From Cyanophyceae cyanobacterium (GTDB lineage Bacteria > Cyanobacteriota > Cyanobacteriia > Cyanobacteriales > Laspinemataceae): a stretch of DNA of 64,000 nucleotides. Location: contig JBBQFN010000017.1 in the NCBI GenBank assembly GCA_038321985.1, forward strand, positions 32,001 to 96,000, written 5' to 3'. Numbering within the stretch: the first letter of the stretch is position 1; the number at the start of each line of letters is the position of its first letter. Shown piece by piece: positions 34,773-45,333 of this stretch. Below the pieces are notes generated by a model. That model was not told the origin of the DNA. It saw only the letters and a list, made by a program, of their open reading frames with translations, and did not search any database. Position numbers and translations under genes: made by a program.

Positions 34773-35090
34773 ACTGGGGTAAATCTACGATTAGACTGGA
34801 GAGGGGAACGATGCCTCTGTCCAGTCTCACGTGAATTTCGGGTTCCTCCCTTGGCATTCTTTGACGGGCCACCTTCCTATTAACTAGAATTTTGATAGAG
34901 CCTTAACACCGCTTTGCTGATTCCTCTTTTCAAAGAGTCAGGAGGGGGAATATTTTTTTTATTAAAAAAACGATACTTTGGAAGGTGTCGTATAAAAATA
35001 GGGTACGTTATGATCTTAGGAAGCCCCATCTAAAAAAGTTTCCGTTAAGTGGAGACACTATTGAACCTCGTTCGGTTTGGAGAATCATTC

Positions 35091-35492
35091 ATGAGCAACG
35101 TACCATCCAACCATATACCCCTTTACCGAAATGCGCTCGAACCTCTAGTGCTTGAGGAATCACAACGGCAATTACAGAAACTCCCGGCGAAAATGCTGGG
35201 GTCTCTCAAGCCAGCGCAAGTTTTAGCTCAGGTTGTAGCTTATGCACTTAATCGACTCCCGGCTTTGTATGCAACAAGCGATCGCGGCTGGCAATTTCAA
35301 CAACAACAAGCTCAAAAATTGAGGCCCCAAATTGTCATGGCAGTCCGTCAAGGATTTGCAGCAGTCCAACGGGATCCGCTCACCCCGGTTTGGAATGATG
35401 CTCCCGAACCGGAACCCGAAGCCACTAATACCAGTGAACGGCAAGCTCAAGCTAGACGCCGAATTGCGGCATACCGCTCCTTTAATGTTTAA
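35091..35492 (+). CDS. ComFB family protein
   Basis: YRNALEPLVLEE, VAYALNRLPALYATS, AVQRDPL. Confidence 0.8.
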   Translation: MSNVPSNHIPLYRNALEPLVLEESQRQLQKLPAKMLGSLKPAQVLAQVVAYALNRLPALYATSDRGWQFQQQQAQKLRPQIVMAVRQGFAAVQRDPLTPVWNDAPEPEPEATNTSERQAQARRRIAAYRSFNV

Positions 35493-36571
35493 AAACCAGG
35501 GCAAGTGCATCGAAAAGGGCTGAACTTTAACATCATAAAATTCCCCCAAAATCAGGAATAAAGGAAGAGTTTATTGGTTAAATAATAATAAAGAGATGGG
35601 GCAATTCAATTGAAGGGTATGGGGCGAGCGCCCAGACCGAGGTCTCGAAAAATTATCACCGATAATGACTACCAGCAGTTTATTCTTTTTATTTAATCCT
35701 TAAATACCCAAAATTTCGGAGGAATTTCTGGTGCTATAAATTGGGGTACATAACTCTAGCTAGAAATAGCTGAAAATCCCTAAATTATAAAAAAATTCCC
35801 CTCCCTAAATTTTCTGGAGCGGGGGGAATTTTTGTGATTTTGCCCGGGTTCTGGAATTAAGGCAACGCCCCTCTATAAAAGTCTTTTTTGGATGGAGAAA
35901 GGGCAGGCTGTCTCTAGCTTTAACCTGCCAAGTTGCCCTTGGATGTCGGTACAGTTCTACGGAATCCGGTATTCATAAAGTAATAAAGTTCTGTCTCTTC
36001 AAGGCTTTCAGCTTTTTATAGAAGACCTTTCGGTTCCGAATTCCGTATTACTGGATTGAAAAATTAAGGCAAATCAAGGTAACATCAGCCCAACCCTGTC
36101 CCCAGAATTATCCGCGCTGCTGATTTCCTCCAGCGCTTACTAGGAAAGGAATCGAGCTTAAGAAGGAGTAGAGATAAATCTGGAATTCTACCTAAGGGAA
36201 GAGGTTAAAAGAGAGAAGATAAGCCTAGCGTTGTGGTATTCTAAGAAAATAGGGAATCAAAACTTTGGGTTAGAAAGAAATTTAATAACCCTTAAAATGT
36301 AAATAAACCCGTTGCTAGATTAGAATTTTTTCATCATTTGGACAAACCCCTTTTTTGTCACAGGTTCTTCGGGTTGGGGAACCTTTCATCAACCATTATG
36401 GCGCATCTTGTCCGGGGTTCCTCTTCTTAGGGAACCCTATGATTGGAACAATGGATTTCTTTAGGAAAAGGGTAGGGGGGAGCAATGTTCAATTATGCCA
36501 GAAATTTAATTCAAACCCCGGTCAAATACCGGCAATGTAAGGTCAAACCCTAAGAAACAAAAGAAGCACTA

Positions 36572-39217
36572 ATGAAATGGGACCTAGGCTGGAAATCGGC
36601 TAGCTCACGCCGCACGTGGATTCCGTATTTCGTGCTGGTCGTGACGGTGCTGCTGACTGCCCTGGCCTCTTATACCGTTGACCAGACCTCGAAATCTAAA
36701 GAGAAGTTGAGGTTCGAGAATGCAATCGAGCGGACCGTTGGCAGCATTGAAAAGCGGATTGAAACTTACGTGGATTTACTGCGTGCAGCCAGGGGATTAT
36801 TTGCGGCGAACCAGACGGTAAGCCGGGAGCAATTCCATCAGTTCGTTTATAACCTGGAACTGCCAGAACGGTATCCCGGAATCCAAGGCATTGGTTTCTC
36901 TGTGCAGGTCAATCCAGAAGAAACTGAGAGGATCCTGACTGAGATCAAAGCTCTAAATCCGAAGCGTGTAAGTATTATCCCGACGTATCCTCGCCCTGAG
37001 TATCATGCCATTCTTTATCTCGAACCGCTTGATCAACGTAATCGAAAGGCGATCGGATACGATATGTTTACCGAGACGGTGCGTCGTGCGGCAATGGAAC
37101 GGGCGAGGGATACAGGGCTAGCGGCAGCCTCAGGTCCGGTGACGTTGCTACAGGAGATTGACGAACACAAACAGGCGGGTTTCCTGATTTATCTGCCGGT
37201 GTATCGCCGTGGAGTGACGCCGCAGAGCGTTGGGGAACGCCGATCGCAATTGTTAGGCTTTATCTATAGTCCCTTTCGTGCGGACAATTTACTCACGGGG
37301 ATTTTTGCTACGGAAAAATATCCCACGGTGGATTTTGAGATTTATGACGGAGGCCAGATTAATCCACAATATCTGTTGCATTCCTCACACCACCGCCAAC
37401 AGAAAAAGGGCCGATCGCATCGCCCTCAGTTTAGAGCCATGCGAACCTTAAATATCGGGGGACGAACCTGGACGATCGCCTTTGTCTCAACGCCAGAATT
37501 CGAGCAACTCTCGGGAAGAAACCTGGTATCGTACATTTTCGCTAGCGGACTGGCGATCGCCGGAATCTTATTTGTGGTAACGAGAGCCCAAATCCAAGCG
37601 CGTCTTGCGGCCGAACAAGTGGCAATGGAACTAGGAGCCTCCAAAGCGGCTTTGAATGAAAGCGAATTTCGCCTACGTCGCCTCGTCGATGCCAATATTA
37701 TCGGGATTATCATCCATGACACCCAAGGCAACATTGTCGAAGCCAATGATGCCTTTCTCAACCTGCTGGGATACTACCGTGATGCTCTCACCCAGGTGAA
37801 TTGGTGGGACATTACCCCCCTAGAGTATCGCCCTGCTGATGAAGAGGCGATCGCTCAAATGAAAACCACAGGTTCTCATCCCCCCTTCGAGAAAGAATAT
37901 ATCCGGAAAGACGGGACCCGAGTTCCGGTACTTCAAGGCACTGCATATTTGGGAGGTACGGAGGAATTAGCCGTAAGTTTCGTGCTGGACTTGCGCGAGC
38001 AAAAACAAGCACAGCTTTCTCTGAAAAACTCCGAAACCCGCTTCCGGACTGTGATTGAGCAGTCCCCATTAAGTACCCAAATCCTCTCACCCCAGGGTCA
38101 GACACTCCAGGTTAACCGCGCCTGGGAACAACTGTGGGGCATTACCTTAGAAGAATTGGGAGATTATAATATGCTCCACGATCAGCAACTGGTCGAAAAA
38201 GGCATAATGCCTTATATCAAAAAAGCCTTTGCCGGAGAATACGTGGCGATTCCATCCATCCGGTATGAACTTTACAAAACCTTACCGGATAAAGTTTTAG
38301 ACCGCACTCGGGAGACCTGGGTTCAAGCTTATATGTATCCCGTTAAAGATCCCGAAGGCAATATTTGCCAACTGGTGATCATCCACGAAGATATCTCGGA
38401 GCGCAAGAATTTAGAAGCGCAACTGGCAGCGCGTGCGGAACAACTGGCTCAAGCGAATCGGATTAAAGATGAATTCCTGGCGACCCTTTCTCACGAATTG
38501 CGAACTCCTTTGAATTCCATGTTGGGGTGGAGTCAGCTTTTACAGATGCGGAAATTAGACCCAAATACCACAGGACGAGCCCTAGAAAGCATAGAGCGCA
38601 ATACCAAGGCCCTGACTCAATTGATTGAGGATTTGTTGGATGTCTCACGAATGATGACGGGTCAGTTTCGGATGCAACTGCGTCCGGTAGAGCTTACGGA
38701 ACCCGTGGAAAATGCGATCGCCTCGGTGCAGACGGCAGCACAAGCAAAAGAGATTTCAATTTTGTCGGCTTTCGATCCCAAAGTTACCGTCGTTTGGGGA
38801 GATCCGGCGCGCTTGCAACAAGTGGTGTGGAACCTGCTGTCCAATGCCATCAAGTTTACCCCGGCTGGGGGGCGAGTAGAGGTGATTTTAAAAGGCGATC
38901 GCACCCAGGCTCAAGTCATAATTCGGGACACCGGTTTGGGCATTTCACCGGAATTTTTACCCTATCTGTTTGAACGATTTCGCCAAGCTGATAGTGCGAT
39001 TACCCGAGCGCATGGGGGTCTGGGAATGGGTTTGGCGATCGTGCGTCATTTAGTCGAACTCCACGGCGGCACGCTCTCGGCAGAGAGTCCAGGACTGGGA
39101 CAGGGTGCGACCTTTATCGTTACCCTCCCTAAAGGCAAAAGCGAGATCGAGCCTTCCAGTTTCTTGGGGGAGGCTGTATCCGGGGAGAATTTCCGGACTC
39201 CAGGGGGCCTTGTCTGA
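36572..39217 (+). CDS. CHASE-PAS-PAS sensor histidine kinase
   Basis: TM-CHASE (AIGYDMF, AASGPVTLLQE)-TM, two PAS domains, H-box SHELRTPL, NAIKFT, GGLGMGL. Confidence 0.93.
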   Translation: MKWDLGWKSASSRRTWIPYFVLVVTVLLTALASYTVDQTSKSKEKLRFENAIERTVGSIEKRIETYVDLLRAARGLFAANQTVSREQFHQFVYNLELPERYPGIQGIGFSVQVNPEETERILTEIKALNPKRVSIIPTYPRPEYHAILYLEPLDQRNRKAIGYDMFTETVRRAAMERARDTGLAAASGPVTLLQEIDEHKQAGFLIYLPVYRRGVTPQSVGERRSQLLGFIYSPFRADNLLTGIFATEKYPTVDFEIYDGGQINPQYLLHSSHHRQQKKGRSHRPQFRAMRTLNIGGRTWTIAFVSTPEFEQLSGRNLVSYIFASGLAIAGILFVVTRAQIQARLAAEQVAMELGASKAALNESEFRLRRLVDANIIGIIIHDTQGNIVEANDAFLNLLGYYRDALTQVNWWDITPLEYRPADEEAIAQMKTTGSHPPFEKEYIRKDGTRVPVLQGTAYLGGTEELAVSFVLDLREQKQAQLSLKNSETRFRTVIEQSPLSTQILSPQGQTLQVNRAWEQLWGITLEELGDYNMLHDQQLVEKGIMPYIKKAFAGEYVAIPSIRYELYKTLPDKVLDRTRETWVQAYMYPVKDPEGNICQLVIIHEDISERKNLEAQLAARAEQLAQANRIKDEFLATLSHELRTPLNSMLGWSQLLQMRKLDPNTTGRALESIERNTKALTQLIEDLLDVSRMMTGQFRMQLRPVELTEPVENAIASVQTAAQAKEISILSAFDPKVTVVWGDPARLQQVVWNLLSNAIKFTPAGGRVEVILKGDRTQAQVIIRDTGLGISPEFLPYLFERFRQADSAITRAHGGLGMGLAIVRHLVELHGGTLSAESPGLGQGATFIVTLPKGKSEIEPSSFLGEAVSGENFRTPGGLV

Positions 39218-39342
39218 AAAACTGCCGTCCTTAGGAATATCAGGGTTCCCACCGTTGTGATGTACATTTTTGGGGAGCGAGGAAGGCGTTGGCGTTGGCA
39301 CGGTTAATCGGGTGTCGGTATCCCATGAGTTGGGGAAACCTT

Positions 39343-39448
39343 ATATAGCAGTTTCCGGACTCATGAGGTACTTTTCAAAGCCCCTCTCCCGTTCTGGGAG
39401 AGGGGTTTGGGGTGAGGGCTGTACCTTATGCAGATGAGAAACGCTATA
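39343..39448. repeat. MITE-like element enclosing a CCCC-type REP
   Basis: tatagcagtttc...atgaggtac and gtaccttatg...gaaacgctata as imperfect TIRs around ccctctcccgttctgggagaggggtttggggtgaggg. Confidence 0.6.
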
Positions 39449-39466
39449 TCTGTCTCTTGTGCGGGT

Positions 39467-40696
39467 TTAACGCAAGAGCAGAATCGCCGTTTGCAACAAC
39501 CCAATCACGATTCCTAAGATTCCGCCTAAATTGACGATCGCCTGCAATTCACTTTGAACAATGCCTTGAATTGCGCTTTCGAGTTCTTCAGCTGACGTAT
39601 TCCGCACCCGTTCGACAATCACGCGATCAATATTCATAATTGGAATCGCTTTGGCAACTAGAGCTTCTAAATCTCGTTCTAAATAGCGCTCTAAAATTAA
39701 GGCTAATTCTTTGCTGACTAATCCTAACGAGGCATTAACAACCGAAGACGCTTGAAGACGCTTGAGAATTAACGTTGCCACATTTTCCCAGTTCACCGAA
39801 TGAGTTAACCCCTGAATTAATTCTCCCCCGCGAGTTTGGACATAAGTCCGAATACTTTCTTTCAGGGTTTTTCTCAGTTGACGCACTGTAGAGACGGGTA
39901 AATTTTGCAAGGAAAGATTATGCAGCCATTCCTGCAAGCGCGATCGCACCCCCAAAGTGGTGATTAATTCAGCAATCCGAGCATTGGCGTCTTCCTTCTC
40001 ATCCAGGCAAAAGGTCCGCAGGCGAGTTAGAGTATTCCGCAATCCCAATAAATTGGCAACCACCCAGTAGGTCCCGCTAGTTTTTTCTCGAAACCCCTCA
40101 TCGATCGCCGTAATATTGCGATCGGTCAAAAAATCCACCAAGGTTTGGCGAACCACCTCTGGAGGCAGGACGGCACTCAGTAGCCAGTCGGACAGTTGCT
40201 GCGCTTGATTTTCAGTCAGTTGAAACTCCAGCAACAGGAGGTCAAAAATTTGGTTAATCTGGGGTTCGAGGAAATCAGACTGTCTAGCTAAGACCCGAAT
40301 CATGCGCGGGAACGATTCTCCCAGCAAATCGCGCAGGATCCCGGAGAGGATTTTAGCAGTTTTCTGCTCCGTATCGGATTTGAGTTGAGTGAGTGCCAGT
40401 TCCAGTAACCAAAGAATAGCCTCCTGGATCCGCTCCGTTTGCAGCAACCGTTGCGCCAACTTTTGCAACTCCGTTGGCGTCAGCAGGGATCCCATAATTG
40501 TATCGGCAATCCGTTCGGCTAATCGTTCTTGGTTGCGGGGAATCAAACCTGGGGTAAACGGAACCCGTCGTCCCTTGAGAGAATAGGCACGGTAGGGACG
40601 AAATAGCATTTTGATGGCTAAATCATTCGTGAAATAACCAATAACTCCACCGGCGATCGGTGGTAACAAGTAAGGCCAAAGAGTCAACAAATCCAT
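39467..40696 (-). CDS. DUF445 family membrane protein
   Basis: [40 protein letters not shown]. Confidence 0.9.
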   Translation of the reverse strand: MDLLTLWPYLLPPIAGGVIGYFTNDLAIKMLFRPYRAYSLKGRRVPFTPGLIPRNQERLAERIADTIMGSLLTPTELQKLAQRLLQTERIQEAILWLLELALTQLKSDTEQKTAKILSGILRDLLGESFPRMIRVLARQSDFLEPQINQIFDLLLLEFQLTENQAQQLSDWLLSAVLPPEVVRQTLVDFLTDRNITAIDEGFREKTSGTYWVVANLLGLRNTLTRLRTFCLDEKEDANARIAELITTLGVRSRLQEWLHNLSLQNLPVSTVRQLRKTLKESIRTYVQTRGGELIQGLTHSVNWENVATLILKRLQASSVVNASLGLVSKELALILERYLERDLEALVAKAIPIMNIDRVIVERVRNTSAEELESAIQGIVQSELQAIVNLGGILGIVIGLLQTAILLLR

Positions 40697-40772
40697 TCGC
40701 TGTGAGCGTTTGTTCGTCAAGCATTGCGGGTTAACGGTTAATGCTGAACGCTTAACTTTTAATCCTCAAGGC

Positions 40773-41501
40773 TCAACCCTGACGTTTAGTGACGACTAAT
40801 ACTCCCATAATGCCACCTGAAATGGGGTAATGTGTGGCTTGGGCGAATCCTGCTTGTTGAGCCAGACGGATTTGTTCGGGTCCTTGGGGGAATTTTTCAA
40901 GACTGGGGAGGATGTAGGCGTATTCATCCTGCAATCCATTGGCGGTGGCAACGGGGACGACGACTGCCTGGAGAATCCACTGCTGAATCCCGTGGATGGT
41001 GGGATTGCTGGGGCGATGGAAGTCCAGGATCGCCGCCGTAGCACCGGGTTTGAGGACGCGATGAAGTTCGCTGAGACTGCGCTGAATATCCGTGACGTTA
41101 CGCAATCCATATCCCATCGTTGCCGCATCAAAAAAATTATCGGCAAAGGGGAGATTGAGGGCGTCTGCTTCGATCCATTGGATAGAAAGTGGGGGATAGT
41201 GGTTATTCGCACGCTGACGGGCGATTTCCAGTTGAGCACAGGAGAAATCCACGCCGAATACCTGTCCGGTTCTACCGACTCGTTCGGCCAACAATTGGGC
41301 CAGGTCCCCACTACCACAGCACAAATCTAAGCAAGTATCACCGGAACTGGCATGAGTCCATTTGACAGCCATCAATTTCCAGATCCGGTGTTGTCCGACG
41401 CTTAACCAATCGTTGAGGCGATCGTAAACGGGGGCTATCCGGTTAAATAGAGCTTGAACGCGATCGGCGTCGGTTGTTTGTTTGACAGCAGGAGGGGTCA
41501 T
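40773..41501 (-). CDS. menG: Demethylphylloquinone/demethylmenaquinone methyltransferase (UbiE/MenG)
   Basis: FNRIAPVYDRLND, LDLCCGSGD, YGLRNV; ATGA overlap with upstream gene. Confidence 0.9.
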   Translation of the reverse strand: MTPPAVKQTTDADRVQALFNRIAPVYDRLNDWLSVGQHRIWKLMAVKWTHASSGDTCLDLCCGSGDLAQLLAERVGRTGQVFGVDFSCAQLEIARQRANNHYPPLSIQWIEADALNLPFADNFFDAATMGYGLRNVTDIQRSLSELHRVLKPGATAAILDFHRPSNPTIHGIQQWILQAVVVPVATANGLQDEYAYILPSLEKFPQGPEQIRLAQQAGFAQATHYPISGGIMGVLVVTKRQG

Positions 41502-42445
41502 GGATGATATCGAGTACAAGTTAGGGCCAGAGCAACCTGCTGTGCGGAGAGATGCAACAGTTCGAGTTCATCTTCGCGCAGGATAGAGGGTTCTTTCCAT
41601 TGCAGGGATAAGACAGCGATTTGCTCGTTGCGGTAATCAATGGGGATTGCCAGATGCGCTTGAATTCCAGAAGTTTGGTAATGTGGGACTTGAGAGAGAT
41701 TGGGGTCTTTGGTAATATCTACGGCTATCTGAACATTTCCCGTGGCGATCGCCTCCGCAATCAACGGGTCATCCCCTAACCAATTCTCCACGGGTCCATT
41801 TTTACTGTAGGTACTTTGAGCCGGAGTTAAGGCATTTTGCTCCACCAACTGTAAAATACAGTAATCCGGAGAAAAATTAGCCCCAAACGCCTGAGCAAGG
41901 GGGGGCAAGCACGCCTCTAAACTCTTTGCCGAACGAGCGACCCCGACAATGGTCATCAGCAGATTGGTTTGCGCCTGAGCGCGTCGCAGTTCCTCCGTCC
42001 GTTGCTTGAGCAGTTCATAAGTTTCTGCCGCCCGTTGAACCACCGTTTTTAGTTCGTTGGGGTCCCAGGGTTTAGTAATGTATTTATAGACTTGTCCGGA
42101 GTTGATCGCCTCAACGAGATCTTCAATATCCGTAAACCCAGTAAGGATTATCCTTACCGTATTGGGAAACTGGGGAACCGTTTTACTTAAAAACTCCGTT
42201 CCCTTCATTTCCGGCATCCGCTGATCAGAGATGATCACTGCCACCTCGCCTTCTTCAGAGAGAATCTCTAAAGCACTGGCTCCACTATCCGCTTTTAGAA
42301 CCTGAAACTCTCGCCGGAAGGTGCGATAGAGCAAATCCAGGTTATCTGGTTCGTCATCAACGACCAGCATTTTCGGTTTTTTTCTTCGCTCTCGACTTTT
42401 CAATTGACTTTTGATGTTATCTAGTTCAGGGATTGCGTTATCCAT
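41498..42445 (-). CDS. Response regulator (receiver plus GAF domain)
   Basis: LVVDDEPDN, ISDQRMPEM, YITKPW; C-terminal GAF-like region (AHLAIPI). Confidence 0.88.
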   Translation of the reverse strand: MDNAIPELDNIKSQLKSRERRKKPKMLVVDDEPDNLDLLYRTFRREFQVLKADSGASALEILSEEGEVAVIISDQRMPEMKGTEFLSKTVPQFPNTVRIILTGFTDIEDLVEAINSGQVYKYITKPWDPNELKTVVQRAAETYELLKQRTEELRRAQAQTNLLMTIVGVARSAKSLEACLPPLAQAFGANFSPDYCILQLVEQNALTPAQSTYSKNGPVENWLGDDPLIAEAIATGNVQIAVDITKDPNLSQVPHYQTSGIQAHLAIPIDYRNEQIAVLSLQWKEPSILREDELELLHLSAQQVALALTCTRYHP

Positions 42446-42774
42446 AACACTACAATAAACTCCTTTCGCCCCACAGTCCGGGTAGCAGACCTCAATCAAT
42501 AGTACCCAATCTGGGTAAGGGGGTAGAAAATCCAACTGAAAAGTTGCGATCGCCCTTGGACGCTACGCCCTCACCCGCCCACTTCACCCCTACTTCTCCC
42601 TGCCGAAACCCGTTTTACCTCGCGTTGCTTACGCTGATTCCCACCGCTCATCGGGATCCTTTGCCCGGATTCCCGTTATAGACAAGCAAAGGCGATCGGC
42701 TAAACTCCCTGCCCCTCACTTTCTCCACAGAATCAAATGCTAGACTAATAAATTGACCCTTACTTGTCATGCTT

Positions 42775-42922
42775 ATGAGTTTAAATGTAGTCACCTTAGT
42801 TGGTCGAGCAGGCCGTGATCCAGATGTCAAATATTTTGAGTCTGGTAGTGTTGTTTGTAAGTTGACCCTAGCGGTGAATCGTCCCACTCGGAACAGTGAT
42901 ACCCCGGACTGGTTTAATTTAG
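42775..42922 (+). CDS. ssb: Single-stranded DNA-binding protein, exon 1
   Basis: MSLNVVTLVGRAGRDPDVKYFESGSVVCKLTLAVNRPTRNSDTPDWFNL plus one G. Confidence 0.93.
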
Positions 42923-44401
42923 GTGTGACCCGTTAGTTAGAAACCTTATTTTACAAAAATAAGGGGGATTAACTACAAGGAAATGGGAAAAATTCCCAAC
43001 CCTTGATAACTGAATGTTCATGTTGGTGAGAGCTATTAATATCCCGTTGAAGAGAAAACAGAATCCTTCAACCCCTCAAGTCCAACCCTCTCGGATGCAA
43101 GAGTGAAAGCGTCCTCCTCACCCTTGAAACTAGCCCTTTCATCGGTGGCAGCAAAGGAGGAAACGGAGGTCATTCGGACCCTTACCGAAAATCCCTTCTA
43201 GCAAGAGGTTATGGGTAGCTGAATGCAAAGGTATGTAACCGTCGTTAACCAGTCCCAGCGAAAGAGGTTGATACGCTGGCGTCAAAATGACCTAGGGTTA
43301 AACTGTCATCTTCAACCGAAGCCTGACAGCTTGGAATTGCCCATCTAAATGGCGCAATTTGCATCCCCCCCACCCTCGGCGGATAGTACCACCCTAACAC
43401 CTCAAAACAATGAACATTCGGAACGGGGAGTCTATGACATTTCTTAAAAGGGGTCGATATTTTAAGTAGGTGCTAACCGGATAATGTCATCAGACGAGGA
43501 TTGGGACCGAAGCCAATGCCTAACTGTAATGGTTATGGATATGCTGATAGTCTCACAGTGATTTGGAGATAAATTCATCAATTGCAATGCAAATGTCTAA
43601 AACCAGTCAAGTGACTCGGGTGGAATGGAACAAACTCAACTGGCGTAAGCTAGAACGAGCCGTGTTTAAGTTGCAAAACAGAATTTTTAGAGCCGCTCAA
43701 CGTGGAGATGAAAAAGCCGTTCGCAAGCTGCAAAAAACTCTAGCACGCTCTTGGTCCGCACAATGCCTTGCTGTTCGGAAGGGGATTAAATTAGGAAATC
43801 AGTTACAAGAAATTACGGGGTTGACCCCAAGGCTGTTCCCGAGAAAATCTCCTCAATATCAGACGAACAATCCCTTATTGAGTGAGAAAAGTGAGATGAA
43901 AGGTCGGCAAAATAGACTGAAAGGGATAGATCATCCTTCTCAGATGAAAAGAGGCGATCGCAACCTTACACCAGCCGAAAGTATTCGGACTTGTACTAAA
44001 AATCTCTCTCTTCTGTTCAAGGCGAATAAAACCGCAAAAATCGAAGATTTAATCCCCAAAATCAACAGCATAATCCAAGGTTGGATCCACCAAAACCGGC
44101 ATCAATGTAATAGAACAGTGCGTAAAAAAATCTATCATGATTTGCACCTAATGATTATGCATTGGGGACATAGACGGACCCAGAGTTACAAGAAAGCGTA
44201 TCACCGCTATTGGCAGCAGAGACATGGCCTTTTAAACCCCAGCTATAACTTGATAAAGTCTTCACCAAACGGGGGAATTTACACCCAGAGCGGCTCTCTA
44301 AAACCCCATTTGCCAAATCACTGAGGAGCCGTATGAGGGGAAACTCTCATGTACGGTTTTGAATCAGAGGTTAGTCAGGTGACTGACAAATCGACTGTAA
44401 C
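42923..44401 (+). mobile_element. Group II intron interrupting ssb
   Basis: 5' GTGTGA; 3' ...ctgtaAC; domain V gagccgtatgaggggaaactctcatgtacggttt (44326-44359); EBS1 ctaaat 43345-50 matches IBS1 atttag 42917-22; EBS2 aaccagtcc 43247-55 matches IBS2 ggactggtt 42906-14. Confidence 0.95.
43593..44324 (+). CDS. Internally deleted intron-encoded protein (RT N-terminal domain plus maturase X, no RT core)
   Basis: EWNKLNWRKLERAVFKLQNRIFRA...VRKLQK (RVT_N); LIPKINSIIQGW (X-domain); no YADD or PQG motifs. Confidence 0.8.
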   Translation: MSKTSQVTRVEWNKLNWRKLERAVFKLQNRIFRAAQRGDEKAVRKLQKTLARSWSAQCLAVRKGIKLGNQLQEITGLTPRLFPRKSPQYQTNNPLLSEKSEMKGRQNRLKGIDHPSQMKRGDRNLTPAESIRTCTKNLSLLFKANKTAKIEDLIPKINSIIQGWIHQNRHQCNRTVRKKIYHDLHLMIMHWGHRRTQSYKKAYHRYWQQRHGLLNPSYNLIKSSPNGGIYTQSGSLKPHLPNH

Positions 44402-44634
44402 AAATTTGGGGGAAACCCGCAGAAATTGCGGCTCAATATGTCCGAAAAGGAAATTTGATTGGAGTCACAGGGAGCTTAAAATTTGACTATTGGAATGACC
44501 GTTCCAGTGGTGTCCAACGTTCCAATCCAATCATTAGTGTCGAGCGCCTAGATTTACTCGGCTCCAAACAGGATAACGAACACAGTGGAGACCAGTCGAG
44601 TATGGGAGGTAGTTATCAAAACGATGAATTCTAA
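44402..44634 (+). CDS. ssb: Single-stranded DNA-binding protein, exon 2
   Basis: (E)IWGKPAEIAAQYVRKGNLIGVTGSLKFDYWNDRSSG...VERLDLLGSK...NDEF*, in frame with exon 1 after splicing. Confidence 0.93.
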
Positions 44635-44709
44635 CCTCTAAAAAAACAGGTAAGGACAGGGTATTACCTTGTCCTTACTGAATAACAAGATAGAAATAAA
44701 GGAGGAAGA

Positions 44710-45282
44710 ATGGGGGTTACCTTAAATCTGCCACCGGCGCTAAAACTGACTCCAGAACAGTTTGCCGAACTAGCGCAAATCAATCAAGAATTACAACTAG
44801 AATTAACGGCAACTGGAGAGTTAATCATTATGCCACCAACCGGAGGAGAAACGGGCGATCGCAACTTTGAATTAAGCGGTCAGTTGTGGGAGTGGAATCG
44901 TAAAAATAGCTTGGGTAAAGCCTTTGATTCTTCCACGGGGTTTCGGTTGCCCAATGGTGCAGTGCGATCGCCCGATGTCAGTTGGATCAAACTAGAACGA
45001 TGGGACGCCTTAACCCCAGAACAACGTAAGAAATTTTTACCCTTATGTCCCGATTTCGCCGTCGAATTAGTCTCCGAAACTGATGAAATTAAAACCACCC
45101 GTTCCAAAATGCAAGAATACCTCACTAACGGATTACGCTTAGGTTGGTTAATCGACCCTGAAACTAAAACCGTCGAGATTTATCGTCAAAATCGCAAAGT
45201 AGAAATTTTGCAGTCTCCCCCTACCCTATCCGGAGAAGAAGTATTACCGGATTTTATTCTAACCTTACAACCGATTTGGTAA
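44710..45282 (+). CDS. Uma2 family (DUF820) endonuclease
   Basis: ELTATGELIIMPP, DSSTGF, SPDVSW, CPDFAVE, LGWLIDP. Confidence 0.92.
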   Translation: MGVTLNLPPALKLTPEQFAELAQINQELQLELTATGELIIMPPTGGETGDRNFELSGQLWEWNRKNSLGKAFDSSTGFRLPNGAVRSPDVSWIKLERWDALTPEQRKKFLPLCPDFAVELVSETDEIKTTRSKMQEYLTNGLRLGWLIDPETKTVEIYRQNRKVEILQSPPTLSGEEVLPDFILTLQPIW

Positions 45283-45333
45283 ACTGAAAGTCATAAAGAG
45301 TTAAAAGAAAACATCAAAACCGAGGAGAATATC

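Noticed and set aside
42648..42887. 79-aa minus-strand ORF
   Set aside because: Antisense to ssb exon 1.
43563..44324. Retron, DGR or defence-associated RT
   Set aside because: No RT catalytic motifs; the ORF lies inside a clear group II intron RNA structure.
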